Assembly (NCBI RefSeq): GCF_000297415.1
Contig: NZ_CAHT01000078.1
DNA from: Methylacidiphilum fumariolicum SolV
GTDB taxonomy: Bacteria; Verrucomicrobiota; Verrucomicrobiia; Methylacidiphilales; Methylacidiphilaceae
Length of the DNA stretch: 32,000 nt
Reading direction: 5' to 3' (one strand)
Shown here piece after piece: positions 1-6,917 of this stretch (position 1 is its first letter; every line of letters begins with the position of its first letter). The notes beneath the pieces are model-generated. The model made no database searches and was not told the origin of the DNA. It saw only the letters and a program-made list of their open reading frames with translations. The translations under genes were made by a program, and so were the position numbers.

Positions 1-1386
1 AGCCGAAAGGCAATTGAGACATGTTGTTATGATAATATTTCATGGGGATTTTGTGTTCCCGTCGGAATAATGGATGAAGCCGAAAGGCAATTGAGACTTT
101 CTCATCTTCTGGCCACTTCCATAAGTTTTTCCGTCGGAATAATGGATGAAGCCGAAAGGCAATTGAGACACCTTCTCTTCCTTTAATAGTCGAATATAAG
201 CCATTAGTCGGAATAATGGATGAAGCCGAAAGGCAATTGAGACTTAAATGTTTGGTACAGCAGGAGAAACTTCCTGCTGTAGTCGGAATAATGGATGAAG
301 CCGAAAGGCAATTGAGACAACTCATTCCAGTTTTGGAACTCTGGCTTACCCTCTGGTAGTCGGAATAATGGATGAAGCCGAAAGGCAATTGAGACTTTCC
401 TTTGTTACAGGGTCAAAATTCGACCACTGGCGAAGAAGTCGGAATAATGGATGAAGCCGAAAGGCAATTGAGACAAATAAATGCCAATACATATCCTCCC
501 CTAAGGGAAGATATGGTCGGAATAATGGATGAAGCCGAAAGGCAATTGAGACTCGATTAATTCTTTCAACAAAGACTCCCAATTGTGGTCTGTCGGAATA
601 ATGGATGAAGCCGAAAGGCAATTGAGACAAAACCAAATATTTCGACCTGCTATATTCCGGATACTCGTCGGAATAATGGATGAAGCCGAAAGGCAATTGA
701 GACAGATAAACTTCTTGGCTCTAGGGGATTGAACCCTAAAGGTCGGAATAATGGATGAAGCCGAAAGGCAATTGAGACATACCAGCGAGCATTTCTGGCC
801 CGATAAGCATGACTTCTGTCGGAATAATGGATGAAGCCGAAAGGCAATTGAGACAGACCATACACTATCACTTCCTCGTCAGAGTAGTTGACTGTCGGAA
901 TAATGGATGAAGCCGAAAGGCAATTGAGACTTCAGGAGTGAGGTAGTATCTCTTCATATCCTCATCCCAAGTCGGAATAATGGATGAAGCCGAAAGGCAA
1001 TTGAGACAATGTCTCGAATCATCTTAATTTCCCAGTCTGTTAACATGTCGGAATAATGGATGAAGCCGAAAGGCAATTGAGACACCAAGAAGCTTCAGGC
1101 AAGGGGAATACATATAAAATGTGTCGGAATAATGGATGAAGCCGAAAGGCAATTGAGACAAAACTCAACCCCAATAGACTTCTTCAATGCTTCCTGGTCG
1201 GAATAATGGATGAAGCCGAAAGGCAATTGAGACTACAATAAAGATAAAGGAGGTAAAAATGAGGGAAGATTGTCGGAATAATGGATGAAGCCGAAAGGCA
1301 ATTGAGACCCAGGAACTGGGGGCTCGTCACAATATTTTGGTAACTCATAGTCGGAATAATGGATGAAGCCGAAAGATGATTGAGAC
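1..1386 (+). CRISPR. CRISPR array: 19 repeats (first truncated by the window edge) and 18 spacers; continues left of the window
   Basis: The 37-nt repeat GTCGGAATAATGGATGAAGCCGAAAGGCAATTGAGAC starts at 61, 133, 207, 282, 359, 438, 516, 592, 667, 742, 818, 894, 971, 1047, 1123, 1197 and 1272, all identical by eye. There is a partial copy at 1-20 and a degenerate copy at 1350-1386. Spacers are unique, with lengths 40, 35, 37, 38, 40, 42, 41, 39, 38, 38, 39, 39, 40, 39, 39, 37, 38 and 41. Strand is inferred from the ATTGAGAC 3' end, which resembles the ATTGAAAC/G 8-nt tag of Cas6-processed type I/III repeats, and from the degenerate repeat lying at the right (leader-distal) end. Confidence 0.97.
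1350..1386 (+). repeat. Degenerate terminal repeat of the array
   Basis: GTCGGAATAATGGATGAAGCCGAAAGATGATTGAGAC has three adjacent substitutions (positions 27-29, GCA>ATG). They fall in the 3' arm of the only stem of the repeat (GCC-GAAA-GGC). Confidence 0.9.
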
Positions 1387-1610
1387 TTTCTCTGCGAACT
1401 GGCATTCCGCTTCCTGGCAAATTTGGGGATTATAGGCATGGACGACTCCTTTCCGGCCTCTTCTTGCTGGTTATCCTGCCTTAATCTCGATGCTGCGGAT
1501 CTTGATTAGGAAGATTTCTGGCCCTACCCAGACATCCTCGACCAGCATATTGCTCGCATGTCTCCGGTTTCGCTTTGTAATCCAGCCGTGATAGACGGGA
1601 TCTGGCCCCA

Positions 1611-2716
1611 ATGTCGAACGCTCGAGTACAGCCAGAGGTAGCTTTCGAGCTTTTGAGATCCCCGGAAGCTCCCGCTCTCCCAATGGGTGTGAGAAGGGAG
1701 AAGACGAGGACCATCATCCGTCAACAAGACATGCAGCTACAACCAGGTTCTCTCCTTATGACGCATAGGTCGGCAGCAGGACAAGCGGGAATGAGGTGTG
1801 CTTGCTTGATCGATTGAATGGTGCTCTTCAATCGCGATCGCTGACGAACGATCTGTTTGCGGCTATTTCCCTGTCTGTGCAGGGCTTGCGTCGCTTCGTC
1901 TCGAATCCATAGTTCTGCAAGGAAGCTTCTCGTGTAAAGCTAAGAGATCACCCCAGAGTCAATCGTGTCTATCTTAATCTTGACATGGGTAATCAAGTGC
2001 ACCTGCATGTGGTAGATGACGATCACGCGTTTTACATGAGAGCTGTTCACGACCGCCTCCACCGCAGTGTTACCGGTCACATCTACAACTAGGATATCCT
2101 CCAACGATAGAGTTATGACAAATGCTTACAAGCATGGACGTCTCATGTCGACGCGGCCAAGTCGAAGAAGTTTTCATCCTTCTAATCGATAGCCTTCGCA
2201 AAGGACCGGTGGATGTACAAACCAATAATCCGCATACTTGCCTCCCTTCATCTGCTTCTTCCCAATGGGAACCGTAGGGCAACATGCCATTTACTGATCC
2301 GCGCTCGCGGCACATCCGGGGAAGTCGCAAGTGGCGGCTATATAAAGAGTTTTGGCTCTCAGTCCAAGGCCCATCGATGTCATGCTTACCCTTGATGCTT
2401 CCAGGGCCTCATTTCCCAGATGATCACACCATAACACTATTCTTTGGAAAACACAGTTGGACAGACAAGGCACCATTCCTTACATACCGGTTAATGGCAT
2501 AGTTGAACGCTTCAAAGGCAGATTCAACCAGCTTCTCCGAACTCACCACATCGAGCATTCCTTGGACTTAGAGCCCCTATCCACCGCTACATCTGGCTCT
2601 ACAACAATCACCTAGCTCAAAAGCCCTCCAATCATCAAGCCTCGATTGAAGTTCTTAAAAAATGTCAATGCTCTCACCAGAACCTCTTACAAAAATCAGT
2701 TCGCAATCATCTGTGA
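1611..2716 (+). pseudogene. IS481-family (rve/DDE integrase) transposase pseudogene with multiple stops and frameshifts
   Basis: No intact ORF. Stitched + strand frames read MSNARVQPEVAFELL from 1611 (cf. the family N-terminus NARLTPxGR) and CLLDRLNGALQSRSLT from about 1799 (cf. GLxDRSRRPxxSP). They continue PRVNRVYLNLDMG, then GPVDVQT...GNMPFTDPRSRHIRGS...RLYKE (integrase core, cf. HxDxK...YLxVAIDxxSR). Further on are PVNGIVERFKGRF from about 2487 (cf. PQTNGxVERFN) and RYIWLYNNHLAQK from 2588, ending at TGA 2714-2716. In-frame stops lie at 1766-1768, 1910-1912 and 2090-2092, plus frame changes. Confidence 0.6.
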
Positions 2717-2737
2717 CCCGGGAGCTAGCCTGATTTC
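2717..2737. repeat. Left terminal inverted repeat of the IS1634-like element
   Basis: 17/21 match to the reverse complement of 4462-4482. It starts one base after the stop codon of the IS481-like pseudogene. Confidence 0.5.
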
Positions 2738-2851
2738 AGCACTTCTTGCTGACAGTACAATTTACCAATGATTTACAATAGTCATGTAGGAGGTAACATA
2801 TGCATTAATGTGTTGACAAAAAGCAATGGGATATGGGAAAAAGAATGCGTA

Positions 2852-4417
2852 ATGTGCCTGCGGGAAGTCAAATCCCAGCAAAGGAGTAAGGACTATAAGA
2901 GTTACTTTATCCAAGAATCGTATCGGAACAAGAAAGGACTTCGTGCCCAGACAATCTACAATGTCGCTGCATTATCCGAAGAGATCCAAGAGCTGATGCG
3001 TTTGGACTTGCATAGAAAGAGGATCTCCGAAATCGAAGATCTGAGACTTGAGGAACAGTCGAACTTCAGAGATCTTGCGGTATTGCGGGAGACTTGGGAT
3101 TGGTGGGGCCTCGAGGACGTCTTAGCCTCAGTGAAGGATCCGAACAAGACGAAGCATTTGCAGGCTCTGATCTTTGGCAGAATTCTCTTTCTCTGTTCAA
3201 AGCTTTTCTTGAAGGAGGAGGCTTGGGGGACACTTCTGGAGCAGGCCTGCTCATTAGAGAAGAGCGAAGGATTCGAAGAAGAGGGTTTCTACCGGGAGTG
3301 GATGGGCTCTGCTGGGGTTTGGAGCCGGATTGAGCATGAGCTTTTTCGGAGAGCCTCTCACGGCAGGGTGCGTCTGGTGCTATACGATCTTTCAAGCACC
3401 TATTTTGATGGAGAGGATCCGAATAGGTTGGCTCGCTATGGCTATAGTCGAGATTACCAGGAAGAGCAGCCAACGGTAATTTTGTCGATGGCTACCGATG
3501 CTGAGGGAATCGCGGTCCATGTGGAGGTTCACCGAGACAACCGGTCCGATTCGACGACGATCCCCAAGCTTCTGGTCACCTTGTGGCGACGTTTAGGGAT
3601 TGCCAAGGCGGTCTTTGTTTTTGACTGCGGTACCCGAAGCTTGTTGAGTCTCGAGGTGTTGATGGGAATGGAGCGGGGATCCGTGGCCCGAGCGACTTGG
3701 GCTCAATTCCAGGAGCTAATGGACAAGTTGTCTTTGGATCGGCAGCCGGAGCTGTGGGACCGGACAAAAAGGATGGATGTGGAGAAAGACGGCCTTTGGT
3801 ACATCATTGCGGAAAGAGAGTGGCTGGCTAAACGGTATCTGGAGAGACAGGAGGCTCGAATCGGCAAGACGAAGCTTTTGCTGGAGGAATTCAAACGAAA
3901 CGCCCGTAAGGGCGAGGATGCGTTTTGCTTGGATAGCCGGGTTGGCCGGATGTTGGAGCGTTGCAAGGCGCACAAGTACATCCGATACGGAATCGACCGA
4001 AAAGTTCGATTCTGGTGGAAGCTTCACGAGGAGGAGAGCGCAAAGGAAGAAGCCACCGATGACAGGTATTTGTTGGAAACGAATCTTCTTCCCACCGAGT
4101 ACTCTGCCAAGAAGGTCCTGGCTCACTATAAGAACCTCTGTGAGGCAAATCAGGCCTTTTGCAGACGCTTCCCGGCGTACTGGATGACGGCTCGTTTGGT
4201 CGCCGAGTGGAGCAAGCGTGGCGTTTTCAAGCATGTTCCCAGGCTCTTGCGTCGCCTCCAGACTATCCGCCCCAGCCTTCTTTCTGTCAAAGGCAAACCA
4301 GCTGCTTGTCTTTTGATCAAGATTTCTCGGAAGCTGAATCGACTGCTGGAAAAAACTGCGTCTCTTCCCGCTTTTCTCCCAGCCGCGGGATTGGGCAACC
4401 CTGGAGACAGTAGCTGA
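2852..4417 (+). CDS. IS1634/IS4-family DDE transposase
   Basis: The ORF is open from 2768 (549 aa), but ATG 2852 fits the family N-terminus better (YFIQESYRNKKG close to the start). Motifs: VLYDLSSTYFDGE (first catalytic D, cf. DxTSxYFEG) and ARYGYSRDYQEEQPTVILSMATDAEGIAVHVEVHRDNRSD (cf. GYSKDxRxDxxQ...PGNxxD). Also VFVFDCGTRS (second D) and YLLETNL...AHYKNLCEANQAF (E region). I could not recognise the last roughly 90 aa, so C-terminal degradation is possible. Confidence 0.8.
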   Translation: MCLREVKSQQRSKDYKSYFIQESYRNKKGLRAQTIYNVAALSEEIQELMRLDLHRKRISEIEDLRLEEQSNFRDLAVLRETWDWWGLEDVLASVKDPNKTKHLQALIFGRILFLCSKLFLKEEAWGTLLEQACSLEKSEGFEEEGFYREWMGSAGVWSRIEHELFRRASHGRVRLVLYDLSSTYFDGEDPNRLARYGYSRDYQEEQPTVILSMATDAEGIAVHVEVHRDNRSDSTTIPKLLVTLWRRLGIAKAVFVFDCGTRSLLSLEVLMGMERGSVARATWAQFQELMDKLSLDRQPELWDRTKRMDVEKDGLWYIIAEREWLAKRYLERQEARIGKTKLLLEEFKRNARKGEDAFCLDSRVGRMLERCKAHKYIRYGIDRKVRFWWKLHEEESAKEEATDDRYLLETNLLPTEYSAKKVLAHYKNLCEANQAFCRRFPAYWMTARLVAEWSKRGVFKHVPRLLRRLQTIRPSLLSVKGKPAACLLIKISRKLNRLLEKTASLPAFLPAAGLGNPGDSS

Positions 4418-4461
4418 AAGTCCCATCCTTTCGCATCTATGAGTTGTGCCGCATGTCATTG

Positions 4462-4482
4462 GAAGTCAGGCTAGCCCTCGTG
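4462..4482. repeat. Right terminal inverted repeat of the IS1634-like element
   Basis: See the left IR: core CTAGCCTGA(T/C)TTC in inverted orientation. Confidence 0.5.
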
Positions 4483-4553
4483 GAAGCTGCACTTCTGTAT
4501 GATTCAGCTACGGGAGGGGCGCAATGTAATAAAAAAAAACAGATAAGGATGCA

Positions 4554-5510
4554 ATGAAAAGACAGATAAGGATCTTCCTGAAACGAGCTCTATTGTATGC
4601 TTACAGAGCGATGCGACGCCTGTGCGGCCTTCACGTCGTACCTGTTCATTACTATTGTCCTCTCCCAGATCCCATTGAGCTTGAGAAGACGCAGAAGAGT
4701 TGGATGCGGCCATCCAAGATGCGTGGGGTTGAAGTGGACCTGGAGAGCCAAGTAAAAAATTTTCGACAGATATGCCTGCCTTTTGTTGGAGAGTACGCCG
4801 GGAATGCTGTGTACAAATACGCCAGTAGTATGGGATTCGGCCCAGGCTACGGATATATTGAGGCGCAGGCTCTACATGCTATGGTTAGGTACTTGAAGCC
4901 GCGACGGATTATCGAGGTGGGGTCTGGAGTTTCTACGTTCTGCATGCGGGAGGCGGCACGCAGGAATGAAGAGAACGGGGGAGAAAGGGTGGAAATTACC
5001 GCGATTGAACCGAATCCGTCGCCTGCCCTCCGTGCGATGGCCGGTATTCGGCTGCTTGCTCAGCGGGTACAGGATACAGGATAGGAACTGTTTGAGGCTC
5101 TGCGGAAAGATGATCTTCTATTCATCGATTCGTCGCATGTGGTGAAAGCCGGCGGCGATGTGAACTTCCTTATTCTGGAGGTGTTACCAAGGCTTCGAGA
5201 GGGAGTGGTTGTTCATTTTCATGATATTTACTTTCCATATGATTACCCTCGAGATCTACTAAAAACGTTCTTTCCCAGTACGGAGTCTTCTCTGTTGCAT
5301 GCCTTTCTTGCGTTTAATCATAGGTTTAGGATCATTTTCTGTATGAGTCTGCTCCACTATAAATGTCCGAAGGTACTTACCGAGGTGTTTCCAGAATACA
5401 TCCCACAAGGTGGTCAGGATGGCCTGGTTGAGGAGCGAGTGGCTGCATTTACTACCCCTCCCGGCCACTTCCCTTCATCAATCTACCTTCGTGTAGGAGT
5501 TTCGGAATGA
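4554..5510 (+). pseudogene. Class I SAM-dependent methyltransferase (Methyltransf_24-like, glycan-cluster type) interrupted by one in-frame TAG
   Basis: ORFs 4554..5084 and 5139..5510 are in the same frame. The only interruption is TAG at 5082-5084 (...RVQDTG*ELFEALRKDDLLFIDSSHVVKAGGDVNF...). Motifs: HVVPVHYYCPLPD, SAM motif I IIEVGSGVST, LLFIDSSH, VVVHFHDIYFPYDYP, LLHAFLAFN. Confidence 0.75.
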
Positions 5511-5559
5511 AACATCATTTGTTAAATGCAGTAGGATTATTTATTGCCTCATCGCTGTT

Positions 5560-5733
5560 TTAAGTGGGTAGAGCCGGAATACCGAGAATCAGTTTGTCTG
5601 CTTTAAAGAATGCAGCAATTCTGAGATAGCGGAAGCTTTGAAGGCCTCTGGCCATTCTTTTGGCAAGCTGTATGATCCTATGAATCACTTCGATGAGTCG
5701 GTTCGTCATTCTACTCTGGAAGGGATACCGGAA
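5560..5733 (-). pseudogene. C-terminal stub of a DDE transposase (ISL3-like tail motif)
   Basis: The minus strand reads FRYPFQSRMTNRLIEVIHRIIQLAKRMARGLQSFRYLRIAAFFKADKLILGIPALPT*. This matches the C-terminal pattern sNGxxEGxNxKIKxxKRxaxGfxnfxxf of ISL3-type (also IS1-like) transposases. Upstream the frame collapses into stops inside and beyond the solo repeat, so only about 57 codons remain. Confidence 0.45.
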
Positions 5734-5769
5734 GTCGGAATTGAGATGCAGTCAAAAGACAATTGAGAC
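5734..5769 (+). repeat. Solo, diverged CRISPR repeat 4.35 kb downstream of the array, same orientation
   Basis: GTCGGAATTGAGATGCAGTCAAAAGACAATTGAGAC aligns to the 37-nt array repeat at 29/37 positions (7 substitutions, 1 gap). The first 8 nt and last 10 nt are identical. The stem GCC-GAAA-GGC is replaced by GTC-AAAA-GAC. Confidence 0.8.
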
Positions 5770-6109
5770 TAAATTTAACTATAACATGAGAGATTGATGA
5801 TACTAACAAGCATATCCGATCCTACAAACGTTCTGAATGCAGCATTTGCTCGGGAATTCATGCTTTACACATTGGTTTTGTCTCAGAATGCCCCAAGCTC
5901 AATAAGCCCGTTTCGGTGTCTGATTGAATGGGATAATGGGAAGGAGTCAGGGAATTCTCTGCTGTCATTCTAAAATCACATCTTATCTATACTTCCATTT
6001 CCTGGGATTGGCCACTTCCATGAGTCTTAGTTTAGCTCCCCTGCCCATAGGCTCCTACTACTCGTTTGACACCTGAGCCTTAGCCAGAAAAAAACTTTTC
6101 AACTTTGCT

Positions 6110-6134
6110 CGTTGATTTTAAGATTAAATCAACG
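6110..6134. promoter_or_regulatory. 9-bp perfect inverted repeat (CGTTGATTT-N7-AAATCAACG) about 55 nt upstream of the 6189 CDS
   Basis: Arms are at 6110-6118 and 6126-6134. It could be an operator-type palindrome or a hairpin ending read-through from upstream. There is no T-tract. Confidence 0.25.
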
Positions 6135-6188
6135 CTGGGGACATAGTTTAGAAACACTTAATCTTAGTGAAATATCTTTAAACTTTCT

Positions 6189-6899
6189 ATGAACTCTCTT
6201 TTTTTACGAGCATTTTGTGTGCTCCTTTGCTTTTTATTTTATGGTTTCTTCCAAGCTGGCTACGCCACCACTTCGATTAGGGAGCAAGACGAGTATCGGT
6301 TCAAAGAGCCTGCCTTATGGGCTGAACAATTTGATGCGCCTTCTAGGGACAAATGGCAAAAGCCACAAGCCGTTATCCAGGCCCTCCAATTAAAACCGGG
6401 GCAAACGGTTGCGGATATTGGCGCTGGGACTGGATATTTTGCTATAAAATTCGCCCGTGTTGTGGGCCCTCAAGGCAGAGTCATAGCTTTGGATAGAGAA
6501 TCCTCCATGGTGAGATATTTAAAAAAGCGGGCAAAAAAGGAGAGCTTAAACAATCTGATAGTCCGAAAATCGCCCAAAAACAATCCTGGGCTTGAAAAGC
6601 AGAGTGTGGATCTGATTTTTTTCTGTAATAGCTATCATCATATTCACAATCCAAACTATCTCAAAGCCTTAGCGAAGGCACTCAAAAAAAATGGAAAGGT
6701 AGCTGTCATCGACATCAAGCCGAATGCCCCGCGTCTTTTCCCAGCCACCGCACGATTCAAAAGGCATATAAAACTCTCAGCTCAAGCAGTCGTGGCAGAC
6801 TTCAAGCAAGCAGGCTTTAGTCTTGACAAAGAGTTTGGTTTTTTACCCTATCAATATTTTCTAGAATTCAAGCCCACATCGATCGCTTCTAGCAAGTAA
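6189..6899 (+). CDS. Class I SAM-dependent methyltransferase with an N-terminal signal/anchor sequence
   Basis: 236 aa. Hydrophobic N-terminus LFLRAFCVLLCFLFYGFFQAGYA, SAM motif I VADIGAGTGYFAIKFA, and post-I acidic residue VIALDRE. Confidence 0.85.
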   Translation: MNSLFLRAFCVLLCFLFYGFFQAGYATTSIREQDEYRFKEPALWAEQFDAPSRDKWQKPQAVIQALQLKPGQTVADIGAGTGYFAIKFARVVGPQGRVIALDRESSMVRYLKKRAKKESLNNLIVRKSPKNNPGLEKQSVDLIFFCNSYHHIHNPNYLKALAKALKKNGKVAVIDIKPNAPRLFPATARFKRHIKLSAQAVVADFKQAGFSLDKEFGFLPYQYFLEFKPTSIASSK

Positions 6900-6917
6900 T
6901 CTAAGAGTAAGAGTTGC

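Larger units (their letters stand above)
2717..4482 (+). mobile_element. IS1634-like (IS4 superfamily) insertion sequence, about 1766 bp
   Basis: A single transposase ORF is bracketed by 21-bp imperfect inverted repeats: CCCGGGAGCTAGCCTGATTTC at 2717-2737 versus the reverse complement of 4462-4482, CACGAGGGCTAGCCTGACTTC (17/21, ungapped). No target-site duplication was recognised. Confidence 0.65.

Noticed and set aside
346-1439. Minus-strand ORFs of 68-116 aa inside the CRISPR array (346..696, 650..871, 1184..1420, 1233..1439)
   Set aside because: Their sequences are just the repeat translated over and over (SQLPFGFIHYSD, SIAFRLHPLFR, LNCLSASSIIPT). They are an artefact of a repeat that lacks stop codons on the minus strand.
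1471-1960. Three overlapping minus-strand ORFs (1471-1727) and an HTH-like minus-strand reading (ELWIRDEATQALHRQGNSRKQIV, about 1860-1930), considered as a second, oppositely oriented transposase fragment
   Set aside because: The + strand reading gives a collinear series of IS481-family motifs from N- to C-terminus across the same DNA. Open frames on both strands are expected in this G+C-richer stretch.
3995-4015. GTTCGATTC T-loop-like string, checked as a possible tRNA
   Set aside because: The flanking bases cannot form a T-stem or acceptor stem, and it lies within the transposase CDS. I saw no tRNA gene in the window.
3066-4459. Long antisense and overlapping ORFs inside the IS1634-like element (for example 3716..4459 minus 247 aa, 3066..3473 minus 135 aa, 3777..4187 plus 136 aa)
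   Set aside because: They have no recognisable motifs and low-complexity Arg/Pro/Ser-rich composition. They fully overlap a transposase ORF that does carry family motifs.
5573-5627. GCCGGAATACCGAG...GCAATTCTGAGAT, resembling the two ends of the CRISPR repeat
   Set aside because: The two halves are 55 nt apart instead of 37, and the segment lies inside the ISL3-like coding remnant. It is most likely coincidence.
5786-5797. Mini-ORF ATG AGA GAT TGA TGA just downstream of the solo repeat, considered as a CreT-like rare-Arg-codon toxin RNA
   Set aside because: There is no Shine-Dalgarno upstream, only one AGA codon, and nothing to indicate AGA is rare in this genome.
6009-6025. TGGCCACTTCCATGAGT matches spacer 2 (110-126, TGGCCACTTCCATAAGT) at 16/17 positions on the same strand, about 240 nt after the solo repeat. 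It was considered as a self-target or regulatory partial match
   Set aside because: My rough expectation for a 13-mer exact or 17-mer one-mismatch hit between 18 spacers and both strands of 32 kb is of order 0.1-1. The flanks do not align, and no repeat-like sequence brackets it. Worth a genome-wide check but not supportable here.
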